NCBI GenBank assembly: GCA_050250895.1
Contig: JBFWNU010000010.1
Span: 32,001-96,000, forward strand
Length of the DNA: 64,000 bases
From: Vulcanimicrobiota bacterium
GTDB lineage: Bacteria; Vulcanimicrobiota; Xenobia; Xenobiales; JADMJV01
Reading direction: 5' to 3'
The notes under the pieces are model-generated. The model saw only the letters and a list, made by a program, of their open reading frames with translations, was not told the DNA's origin and did not search any database. Shown here one piece after another: positions 10,001-19,322 of the stretch (its first letter is position 1; each line of letters starts with the position of its first letter). The translations under genes were made by a program, and so were the position numbers.

Positions 10001-10831
10001 GAGGTCAAAGTCGAGGCCAAGCCCGAGCCGTCGACCAGGCCCGCCCCTGCGTCGCCCGAGACCAAAGCCGAGGAGCCCCCCGCAGAGCCCCAAGCCGATG
10101 CCCAAACCTCCAAGGCGCCCGAGGCCAAACCTGAGCCAACCAAGCCCGAGGCGGCCAAACCTGCCAGGTCCGAGGCCGCCGAACCTGAGCCAACCAAGGC
10201 CGAGGCGGCCAAACCTGAGCCAGTCAAGGCCGAGGCGGCCAAACCTGAGCCGGCCAAGTCCGAGGCGGCCAAACCTGAGCCGGCCAAGTCCGAAGCGGCC
10301 AAGTCCGAAGCGGCCAAGCCTGAGCCAGTCAAGCCCGAGGCGGCCAAACCTGAGCCTGCCAAGTCCGAAGCGGCCAAGCCTGAGCCGTCCAAGTCCGAGG
10401 CGGCCAAGCCTGAGCCGTCCGAGCCTGCCAAGCCGGCGCCCGAACTCGAATCGACCGAGGGCGAATCCGATGATGAAGATGATGAAGATTACGAACTGTC
10501 GCTAGAAGAGGCCCAGGAATTGCTCCAGGCCATGCCATCCGATCCTTCGGGCCACAAAGCAGTCTATCGGATCCTCGGCGACGACCACAAAGGCCTGATC
10601 AATTTCTATCGCGGTTTAGTCAAACACGACGCCGACGACAACGCTCACACCCTGAGCCTGGCCCGGGCGTATGTCTACACCGATAAACACGCTGTGGCGG
10701 TAGTTCAATACCAGAAATACTTGCGGGCGGAGCCCTCGAAGAAAGTCTATTTGGAACTGGCCGACACTTATGATCATCTTGGGAAGAAGCCGCTGGCCGA
10801 TGACGCTCGTCGACGAGCGGAGGCACACTAA
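7082..10831 (+). CDS. VIT + vWA domain protein with TPR-like segments and a Pro/Lys/Glu repeat linker
   Basis: VIT-like AAFVYPIP..VAVARFEA..GIRRYEGKV; vWA RRDLVFVVDASENM; C-terminal TPR-like helices. The true start is probably downstream of 7082. Confidence 0.8.
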   Translation: MPFQGVVSESKSLRPGAGLLERFLNFLPHLLRRPRGCNQGCLVIDIFGDVTLLTQTTGLSPEIDGRSERKIPLGTGLIVTSGGRVLAPEKVQLQAHCTGPAARVVVALQFPGGDGSQAAFVYPIPAQVAVARFEAALGIRRYEGKVTTREAEGTIAFADTSYVHEMLADAQFPVLTVALGTVKASDKAHVLLEYCVPIEPQGGYYYLRFPICLDPRFGVDTATIHYKVDVLLESGGLLLEPPVATHPITVRRLENEDSHVTLTGSSVPDGDFVLRYRLGIAEMPKTWMRTNGQYFLFGIFPPTSMPDSPQRRDLVFVVDASENMTGELFEAVSEGVSEVLRSLRNNDRFSLVTIGRAIDGFRGGDFYEIEEVEEAVQWLQRVRPAGRADILPLLERILTLPLKEGRQLCVFVVAAGHVGNEPTILKSLEFDQSDRRFYTLGVGPSANLSFLRRLALVTRGEFASAPQGNCSGPLQGLLSQTRALLTELELDCEGTTIDPEELCPSLLGCLSPHGVVECLGPGAEASLRFRSKDETGVVFTGSVSALPTANPALGAVWACLRVRELLDTLALTTGARRDALRQRMIEIANHFGILIEETSLMVHGPAGPVAQASPFPSEWGAVEIQEAEESAERSRTSTDWRRGLVKKGADGSPTRPGLVARGMNAKGVAKGPAGKFPPKKGSTKPQLRWEPSADGEVPVVPVPRAKPKPEPKPEPQASTEPIAGPSVEPAPAPEPPRPAPTPKAEPKGAEPRATEPPSAETQVHTVVVPGPSLPATPVILPDTQALAVEAAKERLDAFVRQHDSRRVRVALASVLGVSTPPAQASSAQRRDFLILCGEKLAKLGFYQDAVALFGLCLADAPGDEKVLKSLAELLLHWADWLAKNDHLPDALHLCQLTLELAPNNQQAGPKRDQLLELWHQRAEEMTRFPAVVRPEPLPELPSLEPPPQPEAPRSEELPPSVEQPIKPKPESAPEVKVEAKPEPSTRPAPASPETKAEEPPAEPQADAQTSKAPEAKPEPTKPEAAKPARSEAAEPEPTKAEAAKPEPVKAEAAKPEPAKSEAAKPEPAKSEAAKSEAAKPEPVKPEAAKPEPAKSEAAKPEPSKSEAAKPEPSEPAKPAPELESTEGESDDEDDEDYELSLEEAQELLQAMPSDPSGHKAVYRILGDDHKGLINFYRGLVKHDADDNAHTLSLARAYVYTDKHAVAVVQYQKYLRAEPSKKVYLELADTYDHLGKKPLADDARRRAEAH
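10120..10432 (+). repeat. Coding tandem repeat, about 30-bp unit (EAAKPEPAKS)
   Basis: About ten imperfect copies of gaggcggccaaacctgagccggccaagtcc, in frame. Confidence 0.85.
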
Positions 10832-10843
10832 CAAGGGGGAACT

Positions 10844-11449
10844 ATGTTCGAGTTTCTGAAACGCCTGCGCCGCTCGGTGCCCGTCAAGATCGTGGGTTTC
10901 GTCAACCCCGAGGTGACCTTCACCAGCGACCAGGAGATCAATCTGGGCCGTCTGGACGTGGTGGCCGAGATCGAAGGGGAAAAGATTAGGGCTCGCCTCG
11001 ATGTCAAAGAGATCAGCGAGAATCAGTGCATGGGGATCCTGGTCGAGCCACAGGAAGCCGTACCCTTTCTTAAAGAGATCTTTCGCCCCTACTACGAGAA
11101 GCGCAACGAGCTGCGGGTCGGTCGCAACTTGCGGGTGCTATCGAAAGACATTCCGGGCTTCAAAGGCACTTCGCGTGATCTATCCGAGCACGGCATGCGG
11201 TTGGAAGTCAGCGGCCCTATCCCCATCGGAAAGCCCATCTCGTTGGCTATCGACCTCGACGACCTGGCCGGCTCGACCCTCGAACTGCACGGACAGACGC
11301 GCTGGTGCGCGCCCAAAGAGAATACGCCTTACTCGCTGGTCGGAATTCTCTTCGTCGACGTGCCACCTCAGGCTCAGAACGCCTTGCGCGCCTTTCTTAA
11401 TACTCTCATCGAGGCCGAGAAGGGCAACATGAAACTGGGCGGAGCCTAG
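10844..11449 (+). CDS. PilZ domain protein
   Basis: EKRNELR (RxxxR) and RDLSEHG (D/NxSxxG) motifs; RBS-like AAGGGGG upstream. Confidence 0.85.
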   Translation: MFEFLKRLRRSVPVKIVGFVNPEVTFTSDQEINLGRLDVVAEIEGEKIRARLDVKEISENQCMGILVEPQEAVPFLKEIFRPYYEKRNELRVGRNLRVLSKDIPGFKGTSRDLSEHGMRLEVSGPIPIGKPISLAIDLDDLAGSTLELHGQTRWCAPKENTPYSLVGILFVDVPPQAQNALRAFLNTLIEAEKGNMKLGGA

Positions 11450-11452
11450 TTA

Positions 11453-11597
11453 GGGCGTCTCAAGGATTAAGAGTTCCGGGCGCTGAGGCGCCCCTGTGGC
11501 AAGGCGCGTCTGACCGCGCATATCGGCAATGGGTAAGGGAAGCGCAACGCAGCCACAGGGAATGGATCGGATGCACCCGTTATTTCCTGACAGGCCC
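11453..11597. mobile_element. Candidate 145-bp MITE with TTA target duplication
   Basis: TTA at 11450-11452 and 11598-11600; imperfect 18-bp terminal inverted repeats (GGGCGTCTCAAGGATTAA vs GGGCCTGTCAGGAAATAA, 13/18); internal inverted repeat CCCTGTGGC/GCCACAGGG. Confidence 0.5.
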
Positions 11598-11996
11598 TTA
11601 GACGGCTTTGCGGGGTAGCGGGATGCTGGTCGGTAGCGTGCGCCGCGCTTGCTTTTGCGCCTCGCGACCACAATAGTCACTGAGCAGGCGTCGGTCTCGC
11701 TGGTTCATGGCCGAGAAGTGGAGGCCGATGACCACGGCTCCGCTCGAGCCGTTCAAGGGCGAGTCCCAGACCTTGTCGGCCAGCGCCGTCACCGGGCGCC
11801 CATCGATGTTGAGCACCACGTGAAAGTGGTTGCCGTCGGCGCCGCGATTACAGATCAAGCGTGCGCCGGTGGAGCTCAGGTTGATGGTCTGCCCCTGCAA
11901 GAGGTTCAGGTCGTCTCCGTAGAAATCGACCGAAAAGCTCTGGTTCACCCGCGGCGCGCGGCGCCGATTCTTAAGCTCTAACATCACACAACACAT
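11598..11996 (-). CDS. Stand-alone PilZ domain protein
   Basis: NRRRAPR and INLSSTG motifs; start may be 11987 or 11984. Confidence 0.85.
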   Translation of the reverse strand: MCCVMLELKNRRRAPRVNQSFSVDFYGDDLNLLQGQTINLSSTGARLICNRGADGNHFHVVLNIDGRPVTALADKVWDSPLNGSSGAVVIGLHFSAMNQRDRRLLSDYCGREAQKQARRTLPTSIPLPRKAV

Positions 11997-12143
11997 CTCC
12001 CAACATGCATCATCTCACGAGGCAGAGAGTTAAGGAAAGCCAAGAAGTGTTACATGTATGTTAATTTTATTGGAGTATCCTAAGAAAGTTGGCCTCGCCT
12101 GGCCTGGGCTGGGCCGGGGTGGGTGCACGCCGCTCGGCGTGGG

Positions 12144-13560
12144 CGGGGTTCACCCCGCGATTCTCGGGGTGAAGTGCCCGAAACGGGGTTCACCCCGCGA
12201 TTCTCGGGGTGAAGTGGCTGAGGCCGGGTTCACCCCGCGATTTCTCGGGGTGAAGTGGCTGAAACGGGGTTCACCCCGCGATTCTCGGGGTGAAGTGACC
12301 GAAGCCGTGCCGCCCGCGGCCGCCCGAGCCGCCGCACCGGCCAGACTCCCGTGCGGAAGTAGGCTCTCCCGCCGCGATTCTCGGGGTGAAGTGGCTGAAA
12401 CGGGGTTCACCCCGCTATTCTCGGGGTGAAGCGGCCGAAGCCGTTCCGCCCGCGGCCGCCGGGCCGAGCCAGCCGCACGGCCAGACTCCCGTGCGGAAGT
12501 AGGCTCTCCCGCCGCGTTTCTCGGGGTGAAGTGACCGAAGCCGTGCCGCCCGCGGCCGCCGAGGCCGAGCCGGCCGCACCGGCCAGACTCCCGTGCGGAA
12601 GTAGGCTCTCCCCGCGATTCTCGGGGTGAAGTGACCGAACTCGTGCCGCCCGCGGCCGCCGGGGCCGAGCCGCCGCACCGGCCAGACTTCCGTGCGGAAG
12701 TAGGCTCCCCCCGCTATTCTCGGTGTGAAGCGGCCGAAGCCGTTCCGCCCGCGGCCGCCGGGGCCGAGCCGCCGCACCGGCCAGACTTCCGTGCGGAAGT
12801 AGGCTCTCCCCGCGATTCTCGGGGTGAAGTGGCTGAAACGGGGTTCACCCCGCGATTCTCGGGGTGAAGTGGCTGAAGCCGTGCCGCCCGCGGCCGCCGA
12901 GGCCGAGCCGGCCGCACCGGCCAGACTCCCGTGCGGAAGTAGGCTCTCCCGCCGCGATTCTCGGGGTGAAGTGGCTGAAACGGGGTTCACCCCGCGATTC
13001 TCGGGGTGAAGTGACCGAAGCCGTGCCGCCCGCGGCCGCCCGAGCCGCCGCACCGGCCAGACTCCCGTGCGGAAGTAGGCTCTCCCGCCGCGATTCTCGG
13101 GGTGAAGTGACCGAAGCCGTTCCGCCCGCGGCCGCCGGGGCCGAGCCGGCCGCACCGGCCAGACTTCCGTGCGGAAGTAGGCTCTCCCGCCGCGATTCTC
13201 GGGGTGAAGTGACCGAGGCCGGGTTCACCCCGCGATTCTCGGGGTGAAGTGACCGAAGCCGTGCCGCCCGCGGCCGCCGGGGCCGAGCCGCCGCACCGGC
13301 CAGACTTCCGTGCGGAAGTAGGCTCCCCCCGCTATTCTCGGTGTGAAGCGGCCGAAGCCGTTCCGCCCGCGGCCGCCGGGGCCGAGCCGCCGCACCGGCC
13401 AGACTTCCGTGCGGAAGTAGGCTCTCCCGCCGCGATTCTCGGGGTGAAGCGGCCGAAGCCGTTCCGCCCGCGGCCGCCGGGGCCGAGCCGCCGCACCGCG
13501 CAGACTTCCGTGCGGAAGTAGGGTCCCCCCGCGATTTCTCGGCGGCCGCCCGAGGCCGCA
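12144..13560. repeat. Non-coding two-module palindromic tandem array (REP/BIME-like)
   Basis: 18 intact and 1 degenerate copy of the core ccgcgattctcggggtgaag, separated to give 40-41-bp or 96-102-bp units. Unit lengths break reading frames. Confidence 0.9.
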
Positions 13561-13565
13561 CCGCC

Positions 13566-15731
13566 TTAGCGCCAGATGGCGTTGCGCTTGTCCTCGGGGC
13601 GGCGCATCGGGTCGCCGGGTTGCACGCCGAAGGCGTCGAAGAACTCGGGCATGTTCGAGACGGTGCCGTTGACCCGCAGCTTGGGGTGGGGGTGGGGGTC
13701 GGTCTTGACCATCAGCTTGGCATATTCGGGGCGCACGTTCGTGGCCCAGCTCTGGGCGAAGCTCAGGAAGAAGCGCTGGTCGGGAGTGAAGCCGTCGACC
13801 ATCTCGGGCGGCTTGCCCTCGGTGGCTTTCTTGTAGGCCGCATAGGCGATCTCGAGGCCGCCCAGGTCGGCCAGGGCCTCGCCCAGGACCAACTGGCCGT
13901 CGACCGGTAGCCCTTCGACCACGTACTCGCTGAACTGGCGCTCGATGCCGCCGGCTTTGGCCTGAAAGCGGGCCAGGTCTTCGTCGCTGAACCAGTTGCG
14001 CAAGTTGCCGTCGGCGTCGAACTGGGCGCCCGAGTCGTCAAAGCCGTGGCTAAGCTCGTGGCCGATGGTGGCCCCGATGGCTCCGTAGTTCATCGCCTCG
14101 TCGAAGTCGAGGTCGAAATAGGGCGTCTGCAGGATGCCCGCCGGGAAGACGATCTCGTTGTTGGGCGGGTCGTAGTAAGCGTTGTTGGTGGAAGCTGACA
14201 TATACCACTTGTCGTGGTTGACAGGCTTGCCGATCTGGGCCAGGTCGAGGGCCTTGTGGAAGCGATCGCCGTTGCGCACGTTGGTCAGGAAGCTGTCGCG
14301 GTTGACGGCGTAGTTGGAGTAGTCCTGGGGATTTTCGGGATAGCCGATCTTGGCCCGCAGTTTGTCGACCTTGGCCAGGGCCTCTTGTTTGGTCTCGGGA
14401 CCCATCCATTCCAGGCTGCGGATCTTGTCGCGCAAGGTGTCGCCGAAAATACGCACCATGTCTTCCATCTTGGCTTTGGCCTCGGGCGAGAAGCGGCGCT
14501 CGACGAATTTCACGCCCAGGGCCTCGCCCAGGTATTCGTCGGTCTTGTCGGCAATCTGTTTGGCCCGCGGAGGTTGCTGCTCGAGGCCGCGCATGGTCTT
14601 GCCGAAGAAGTTGAAGTTTTCGTCGGCGAACTCTTTCGAGAGATAGGGGGCGGCCGCGCTCAACGTGTGCCAGCGCAGATAAGCTTTGTGCTCTTCGATC
14701 GGAGTCTCGGCCAGGATGTCGTCGAGGCGCTCGAAATATTTGGGCACCGCCACGTTCACCCAATCGGGTGCCTGGACCTTGAGATCGTGGAAATAGGCGG
14801 GAAAGCTCAGGCACGGGACAAGTTTGTCGAGTTCGGTCTGGGTGGTGGGGTGATAGAGGGTGGCCGGGTCGCGCATCTCGGCGTTGGACAGCGAGGCTTT
14901 GGCGATGGTCGTCTCGAGGCGCAAGACGGCGGCGGCCTGGCGGTCGGCCACGGCGGGCGAGTCGCCGGCCAGTTCGAACATGCGGGTGACGTGCTGACGG
15001 AAGGCTTTGACCGTCTCTTTGCTCGACTCGTCGTCTTTGACATAGTAGTCGCGATTGGGCAGGCTCAGGCCGCCCTGGCTGAATTCGCCGATCATCCGGC
15101 TCGAGTCTTTGGCGTCCTGGGCGGCGTAGAAGCTGAAATAGACCGAGTTGCCCTCGGCGTGCATGGCGGTAGCCGCCTGCTGGATATCGGCCACGTTCTT
15201 GATGGCGGCGATGCGGGCGAAATCGCTCTCGAGAGCCGAGAGGCCGGCCGCCTGGATGGCCGCCTCGTTCATTCCGGCGGCATAGAAGTCGCCCAATTTC
15301 TGCTCGTTGCTGCCCGGGGTCTGGGGGCTTGAAGAGAGTTCTTCGAGGATTGCCTTGACCACTTTCTCGTTACCCACCGTCACCTCGGCGTCGATGCCGA
15401 AACGCGAGCGGTCGGGCGGGATGGGGTGGCTGGCCAGATAGCCGCCCATGGCGAACTGATAAAAGTCGCGGGTCGGGCTGGTGGTGGGGTCGAGATTATC
15501 GCGCGAGAACGGGGGGCGTGTCTCTTCGACCTGGAGCTCTTCGAGCGGGGCGGCGGGCGCGACCAGAGCCGGGGCTGGCGCCGGAGGCGGTGTCACGGAC
15601 AGCAGCGGGCCCGAGAAGGTGAACTGGTCCTCGGGCTGGCGGTGGACCGGGTGACCGTGGCCGAGGGGGCCGTGGTGGCGGCAGGCCGGTCGCGAGAGCA
15701 AGGGACTGGTGGTCAAAGCGCTGATATTCAT
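13566..15731 (-). CDS. M13-family zinc metallopeptidase (neprilysin/PepO-like)
   Basis: NAYYDPPNNEIVFPAGILQ, IGHELSHGFD (HExxH), GEALADLGG and DPHP..RVNG motifs. Confidence 0.95.
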   Translation of the reverse strand: MNISALTTSPLLSRPACRHHGPLGHGHPVHRQPEDQFTFSGPLLSVTPPPAPAPALVAPAAPLEELQVEETRPPFSRDNLDPTTSPTRDFYQFAMGGYLASHPIPPDRSRFGIDAEVTVGNEKVVKAILEELSSSPQTPGSNEQKLGDFYAAGMNEAAIQAAGLSALESDFARIAAIKNVADIQQAATAMHAEGNSVYFSFYAAQDAKDSSRMIGEFSQGGLSLPNRDYYVKDDESSKETVKAFRQHVTRMFELAGDSPAVADRQAAAVLRLETTIAKASLSNAEMRDPATLYHPTTQTELDKLVPCLSFPAYFHDLKVQAPDWVNVAVPKYFERLDDILAETPIEEHKAYLRWHTLSAAAPYLSKEFADENFNFFGKTMRGLEQQPPRAKQIADKTDEYLGEALGVKFVERRFSPEAKAKMEDMVRIFGDTLRDKIRSLEWMGPETKQEALAKVDKLRAKIGYPENPQDYSNYAVNRDSFLTNVRNGDRFHKALDLAQIGKPVNHDKWYMSASTNNAYYDPPNNEIVFPAGILQTPYFDLDFDEAMNYGAIGATIGHELSHGFDDSGAQFDADGNLRNWFSDEDLARFQAKAGGIERQFSEYVVEGLPVDGQLVLGEALADLGGLEIAYAAYKKATEGKPPEMVDGFTPDQRFFLSFAQSWATNVRPEYAKLMVKTDPHPHPKLRVNGTVSNMPEFFDAFGVQPGDPMRRPEDKRNAIWR

Positions 15732-15808
15732 CAGGCCTATCCAACGCCCGCGGGTCGGGTCAAGTTGTAGCCAACTCGTTACAGAACGTTCGCCAGGGAG
15801 AAATCCGC

Positions 15809-17653
15809 TTGAAGGTGGAAGTTGCGGCGGTGAGGCGACTGCTCCATCGAGTCTATTATGTGATCGAGTCCCTGTTTCTGGCTCATCCCGGCTACCAACT
15901 GGTGCTGGTGGCCGTGGCGATGTTGTTGGTCTCGCTGATGGGGGGAATGGTCGTGCATTTTGTCAGCGGCGATTTCGACAGCGTCGGCCAGGCGGTGTGG
16001 TGGGCCTTTTTGCACCTGACGGACTCGGGTTACCTGGGCAACGACCAGGGTTTTGTGCGGCGGGTGGTCTCGTGCGTGCTGACGGTGCTCGGCATGGTTT
16101 TGTTCGTGGGGGCGGCGGTCGCTATCATGACCAACGGCCTGGATCGGCTGCTAAATTTTCTAGCTTCGGGCCGGAGCCCGGTCTTCGAGAAGGGTCACAT
16201 CTTGATTCTGGGCTGGAATCATCGAGTCTATGCCCTGGTGGAGGAGGTCTTTCATAGTGGACGCGCTCTCTATGGGGAGGATTGGCATCCCTCCATCGTG
16301 ATACTCTGTCCCGAGTTTCATCCCGATCTCCAGCGCGAGTTGCTGCAGAAGCTCGACCCGAAGGTGAGAAAGCAAAGCAACGTACTGGTGCGCTCGGGAA
16401 ATCCCCTCGAGGCCGAGAGCCTCGAGCGAGTCGACTTTACCCGGGCTCGTTCTATCATCTTGGTGGCCGGCAAGGCTCATCAGGACCTGTCCGATGTCAC
16501 CCTGGCCAAGACCCTCATGAGCATCAAGGCCCAGGCCGGCGAGTTGCGCCAAAATCCCAACGTGGTGGTCGAAGTGGCCAACCCCGCCAACAAGCTGTTG
16601 ACCGAGTCGGTCGGTTGGAGCGGCTCGACCGAAGCCCTGGCTTCGGGCGACTTTCTCGGCTTGATGTTCGTGCAGGCGGTGCGCCAGCCCGGCATCTCCC
16701 GCCTCTACAACCGCTTTCTGACCGACAACTTCGGTGATGCCGTGCTGCTGATCTCGGCCGAGAGCCTCGGGTTGACCGGCAAGACTTTGCGCCAGGCCAG
16801 TCTCGATGGCAAGGTGGCCATAGGCTATCTGAAAGCCGGTGGGGGACAGGAGGCCTTGCGACTGACGGCCCTCGACGACGAGCTGGCGGCCGACGACGAA
16901 GTGGTGGTGATTTCGCCCGGGGATGACCCTGGCTATCCCGCTTTGTCGACCTCGACCGCTCGGGGCAGCGAACTCAAAGTGCTGGTGCTGGGATGGAGCA
17001 ACCACTTGACCCACTTCGTGCGCGAATTGGGCCGGTATACCAGCGAAAAATACACGATCCTGCTGGCCTGCGAGAGTTGTCCTAGCCTGGGCTGGCGGCG
17101 CCTGTCGGGGCTGGCCGAGGGCCTCGAGAATGTCGAACTCAGTCGGGTCGACACCTCTTTGGGCGAGGCCGAGAGTCTGGCCAAGCTACGGCCTGGCGAC
17201 TATGACAGTGTCGTGCTCTTTGCCGACCCGCGGGCGGCCGACCCTCTGGTGGCCGATGCCGAGACGGTGGTGCGCACGGTGCTGGTTCATCGCTTGCTCG
17301 GCCGCGAGGTGGGTTTGGTGGTGGAACTCAACGATGAAGACAACCGGGCCCTGGTGGCCTACCGTGCGGCTGACATCTTCTTGACCCAGGAAGTGGTCAG
17401 CCACCTGTTGGCCCAGGTGGCTCTACGACGCAGTCTCGCCTGGATCTATGAAGAGCTCTTTACGGTGGGAGGAGCCGAGATTCATCTGGCCCCAGGTCCG
17501 AGTGGAACCTTTCGCCAGGCGGCCTCGGAGTTTCTCGACCGGGGAGCGGTGGCCATCGGCTATGAGCAGGCCGGTCGCTTTGCTCTGGTTCCCAACCCCG
17601 AAACCACCCTGCCCGAGGGGGCCAGAGTGGTGCTCATCGAGCCCGAGGGCTAG
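15809..17653 (+). CDS. CASTOR/POLLUX-related ion channel with RCK-like domains
   Basis: WWAFLHLTDSGYLGND pore-like segment, GRSPVFEKGHILILGWN, VRSGNP, and ELFTVGGAEIHL. Confidence 0.85.
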   Translation: MKVEVAAVRRLLHRVYYVIESLFLAHPGYQLVLVAVAMLLVSLMGGMVVHFVSGDFDSVGQAVWWAFLHLTDSGYLGNDQGFVRRVVSCVLTVLGMVLFVGAAVAIMTNGLDRLLNFLASGRSPVFEKGHILILGWNHRVYALVEEVFHSGRALYGEDWHPSIVILCPEFHPDLQRELLQKLDPKVRKQSNVLVRSGNPLEAESLERVDFTRARSIILVAGKAHQDLSDVTLAKTLMSIKAQAGELRQNPNVVVEVANPANKLLTESVGWSGSTEALASGDFLGLMFVQAVRQPGISRLYNRFLTDNFGDAVLLISAESLGLTGKTLRQASLDGKVAIGYLKAGGGQEALRLTALDDELAADDEVVVISPGDDPGYPALSTSTARGSELKVLVLGWSNHLTHFVRELGRYTSEKYTILLACESCPSLGWRRLSGLAEGLENVELSRVDTSLGEAESLAKLRPGDYDSVVLFADPRAADPLVADAETVVRTVLVHRLLGREVGLVVELNDEDNRALVAYRAADIFLTQEVVSHLLAQVALRRSLAWIYEELFTVGGAEIHLAPGPSGTFRQAASEFLDRGAVAIGYEQAGRFALVPNPETTLPEGARVVLIEPEG

Positions 17654-17880
17654 TTGACCGACGGCAGGCTGTGGTAGGGTGGCAGCCCGTTGGGTGTGAT
17701 ACCTTCGAGTTCGATCAAGAGTTCTTCAAGCTCTTCGGTGATGCTGGCCACCTGGGCCGCCCGGTCGGCTGAATAGACGGCCGCGCGTGAGGCCGCCACT
17801 CGCACTTTGATCAGCGCCTCACCCAATAACGCCTTGAGTTCGCCATCCCAGAGTTGTTGATAATCGATATATTCTTTCAT
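17650..17880 (-). CDS. Small hypothetical protein
   Basis: 76-aa ORF preceded by TG-T-TAGACT 7 nt before ATG; its stop overlaps the convergent gene. Confidence 0.6.
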   Translation of the reverse strand: MKEYIDYQQLWDGELKALLGEALIKVRVAASRAAVYSADRAAQVASITEELEELLIELEGITPNGLPPYHSLPSVN

Positions 17881-18053
17881 AGCCCCGAGTCTAACAGCCT
17901 TTCAGGAAACCCGATGTAACCTTGCCCACGAAGTGGGATACTTCACAGTTCAACCTGTGCCGGTCGCCAGGGTAGCGCTCGTGTTCCATCCACTTCCTGG
18001 GGGAAGAGGGTCCGGCTGACGCAGCCGACCCGGCCCGGGAAGGCGTCTCCTCG

Positions 18054-19322
18054 ATGCTCTTTGCGCGGCGGTTGCCGGGGCGGCGACTGCTGGGGCTGGA
18101 TTGGGCGCCAGGGTCCCAACTCCCGGACTGCGAATTTGGTCTTGTGGGCAGCTTGTTTGGCAAACGAAAGGCGCGCTTCGGCCGGGCGGCCACGGAGCGC
18201 TTCCGCCAGGCGTTCCCTCAGAGCGAACCGCGGCTTGACGAGAAGGCTTTTGTCATCGACTTCTTTCACGAGGGCAACGCCGGCACGCTCCAACTCGACT
18301 CGTTCTATGGCCAGCTCGACCAGCATTCGCAGACCCAGGTGCTCGACCGTCTGGTGGCCGCACTAAGCGATTCCTTTGGCGGCCTGCCCGCCTTGTTTGA
18401 TGAAGCTCGCAAGTCGCTGTTGCCCCGCCTCACCTCGCGCGTTTTTCTGGAAGAGCTGCGGTTGAATCAACGACCGGCGCCCTTCCGGCTGGTGGGCGAT
18501 CGGCTGGTCGCCCTACTCGCTCTGGACCGGCCGACTTCGGTGGCCTACATCGATCAACAGCAACTGGAGAAATGGCACGTCCAGGTGGAGGAGACCTTCG
18601 AACTAGCTCTGCGCAATCTGGGCACCCGCAGCCCCCGGCCGCTATTTGAACGGTTGGCCGACGGTCTGTTCCAGTCGCCACGCCAAGATAGCTGGGACGC
18701 CAGCACCCTGCTGCTCTATCATCAGCAGCCCGAGCCGCCGAAGCTCGAGGGCGAGCCGGTAGTGTTGGTGGCCAATGCCGATGTCTTGTTGCTCACGGGT
18801 AGCCAGAATCGGGCTGGGCTCGAGTATCTGCTCGACGAAGGTGAAGCCTGTCTCGAGGCGCCCCGCCCCATCTGCGCCACTCCTTTGAGCGGACCTGACT
18901 GGAAGCCGTTACGATTGAGCCCCGAACACCCTCTGTATGCTCGCTGGCGCAGGCTGTTTTGTCAGAGCCAGGCCCTGGCTTATGCCGAGCAACGGGCCGT
19001 GCTCGAGCGCGCCTTCGACCAACGAGGCGAGGATGTCTGGGTGGGCAACTACGGCCTGATTTCGGCTCCTGAGCGACCCGAGACAACCCTGAGCTGGACC
19101 GTCTGGCCTCAGGATGTGGTCGGCCTGATGCCTCACACCGACCTGCTGGGGGTGGTGGCAGACGACCAGCAGTCTCCCGAACTGTATGACTTCGAATCGG
19201 TCCTAAAAGCAGTCGGCGACCGCCTCGAACTGGTGCCCGAGTGCTGGCCGCCGCGCTATCGCTTTACGGGCTTTCCCACCGAGGAAGAACGCAAGCGGTT
19301 CGTGGGTCGCGAGCCGGATTAG
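18054..19322 (+). CDS. DUF1444/YtpQ-like protein
   Basis: LALDRPTSVAYI..QQLEKWHV..EETFELALRNL and DSWDASTLL motifs; true start probably near 18145. Confidence 0.6.
   Translation: MLFARRLPGRRLLGLDWAPGSQLPDCEFGLVGSLFGKRKARFGRAATERFRQAFPQSEPRLDEKAFVIDFFHEGNAGTLQLDSFYGQLDQHSQTQVLDRLVAALSDSFGGLPALFDEARKSLLPRLTSRVFLEELRLNQRPAPFRLVGDRLVALLALDRPTSVAYIDQQQLEKWHVQVEETFELALRNLGTRSPRPLFERLADGLFQSPRQDSWDASTLLLYHQQPEPPKLEGEPVVLVANADVLLLTGSQNRAGLEYLLDEGEACLEAPRPICATPLSGPDWKPLRLSPEHPLYARWRRLFCQSQALAYAEQRAVLERAFDQRGEDVWVGNYGLISAPERPETTLSWTVWPQDVVGLMPHTDLLGVVADDQQSPELYDFESVLKAVGDRLELVPECWPPRYRFTGFPTEEERKRFVGREPD

Noticed and set aside
12144-13560. CRISPR array
   Set aside because: The sequences between cores are themselves repeated (only two types), and there are no cas genes in the window.
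12058-13561. ORFs across the repeat array
   Set aside because: Unit lengths are not consistently multiples of three, and the same peptides appear in several frames on both strands.
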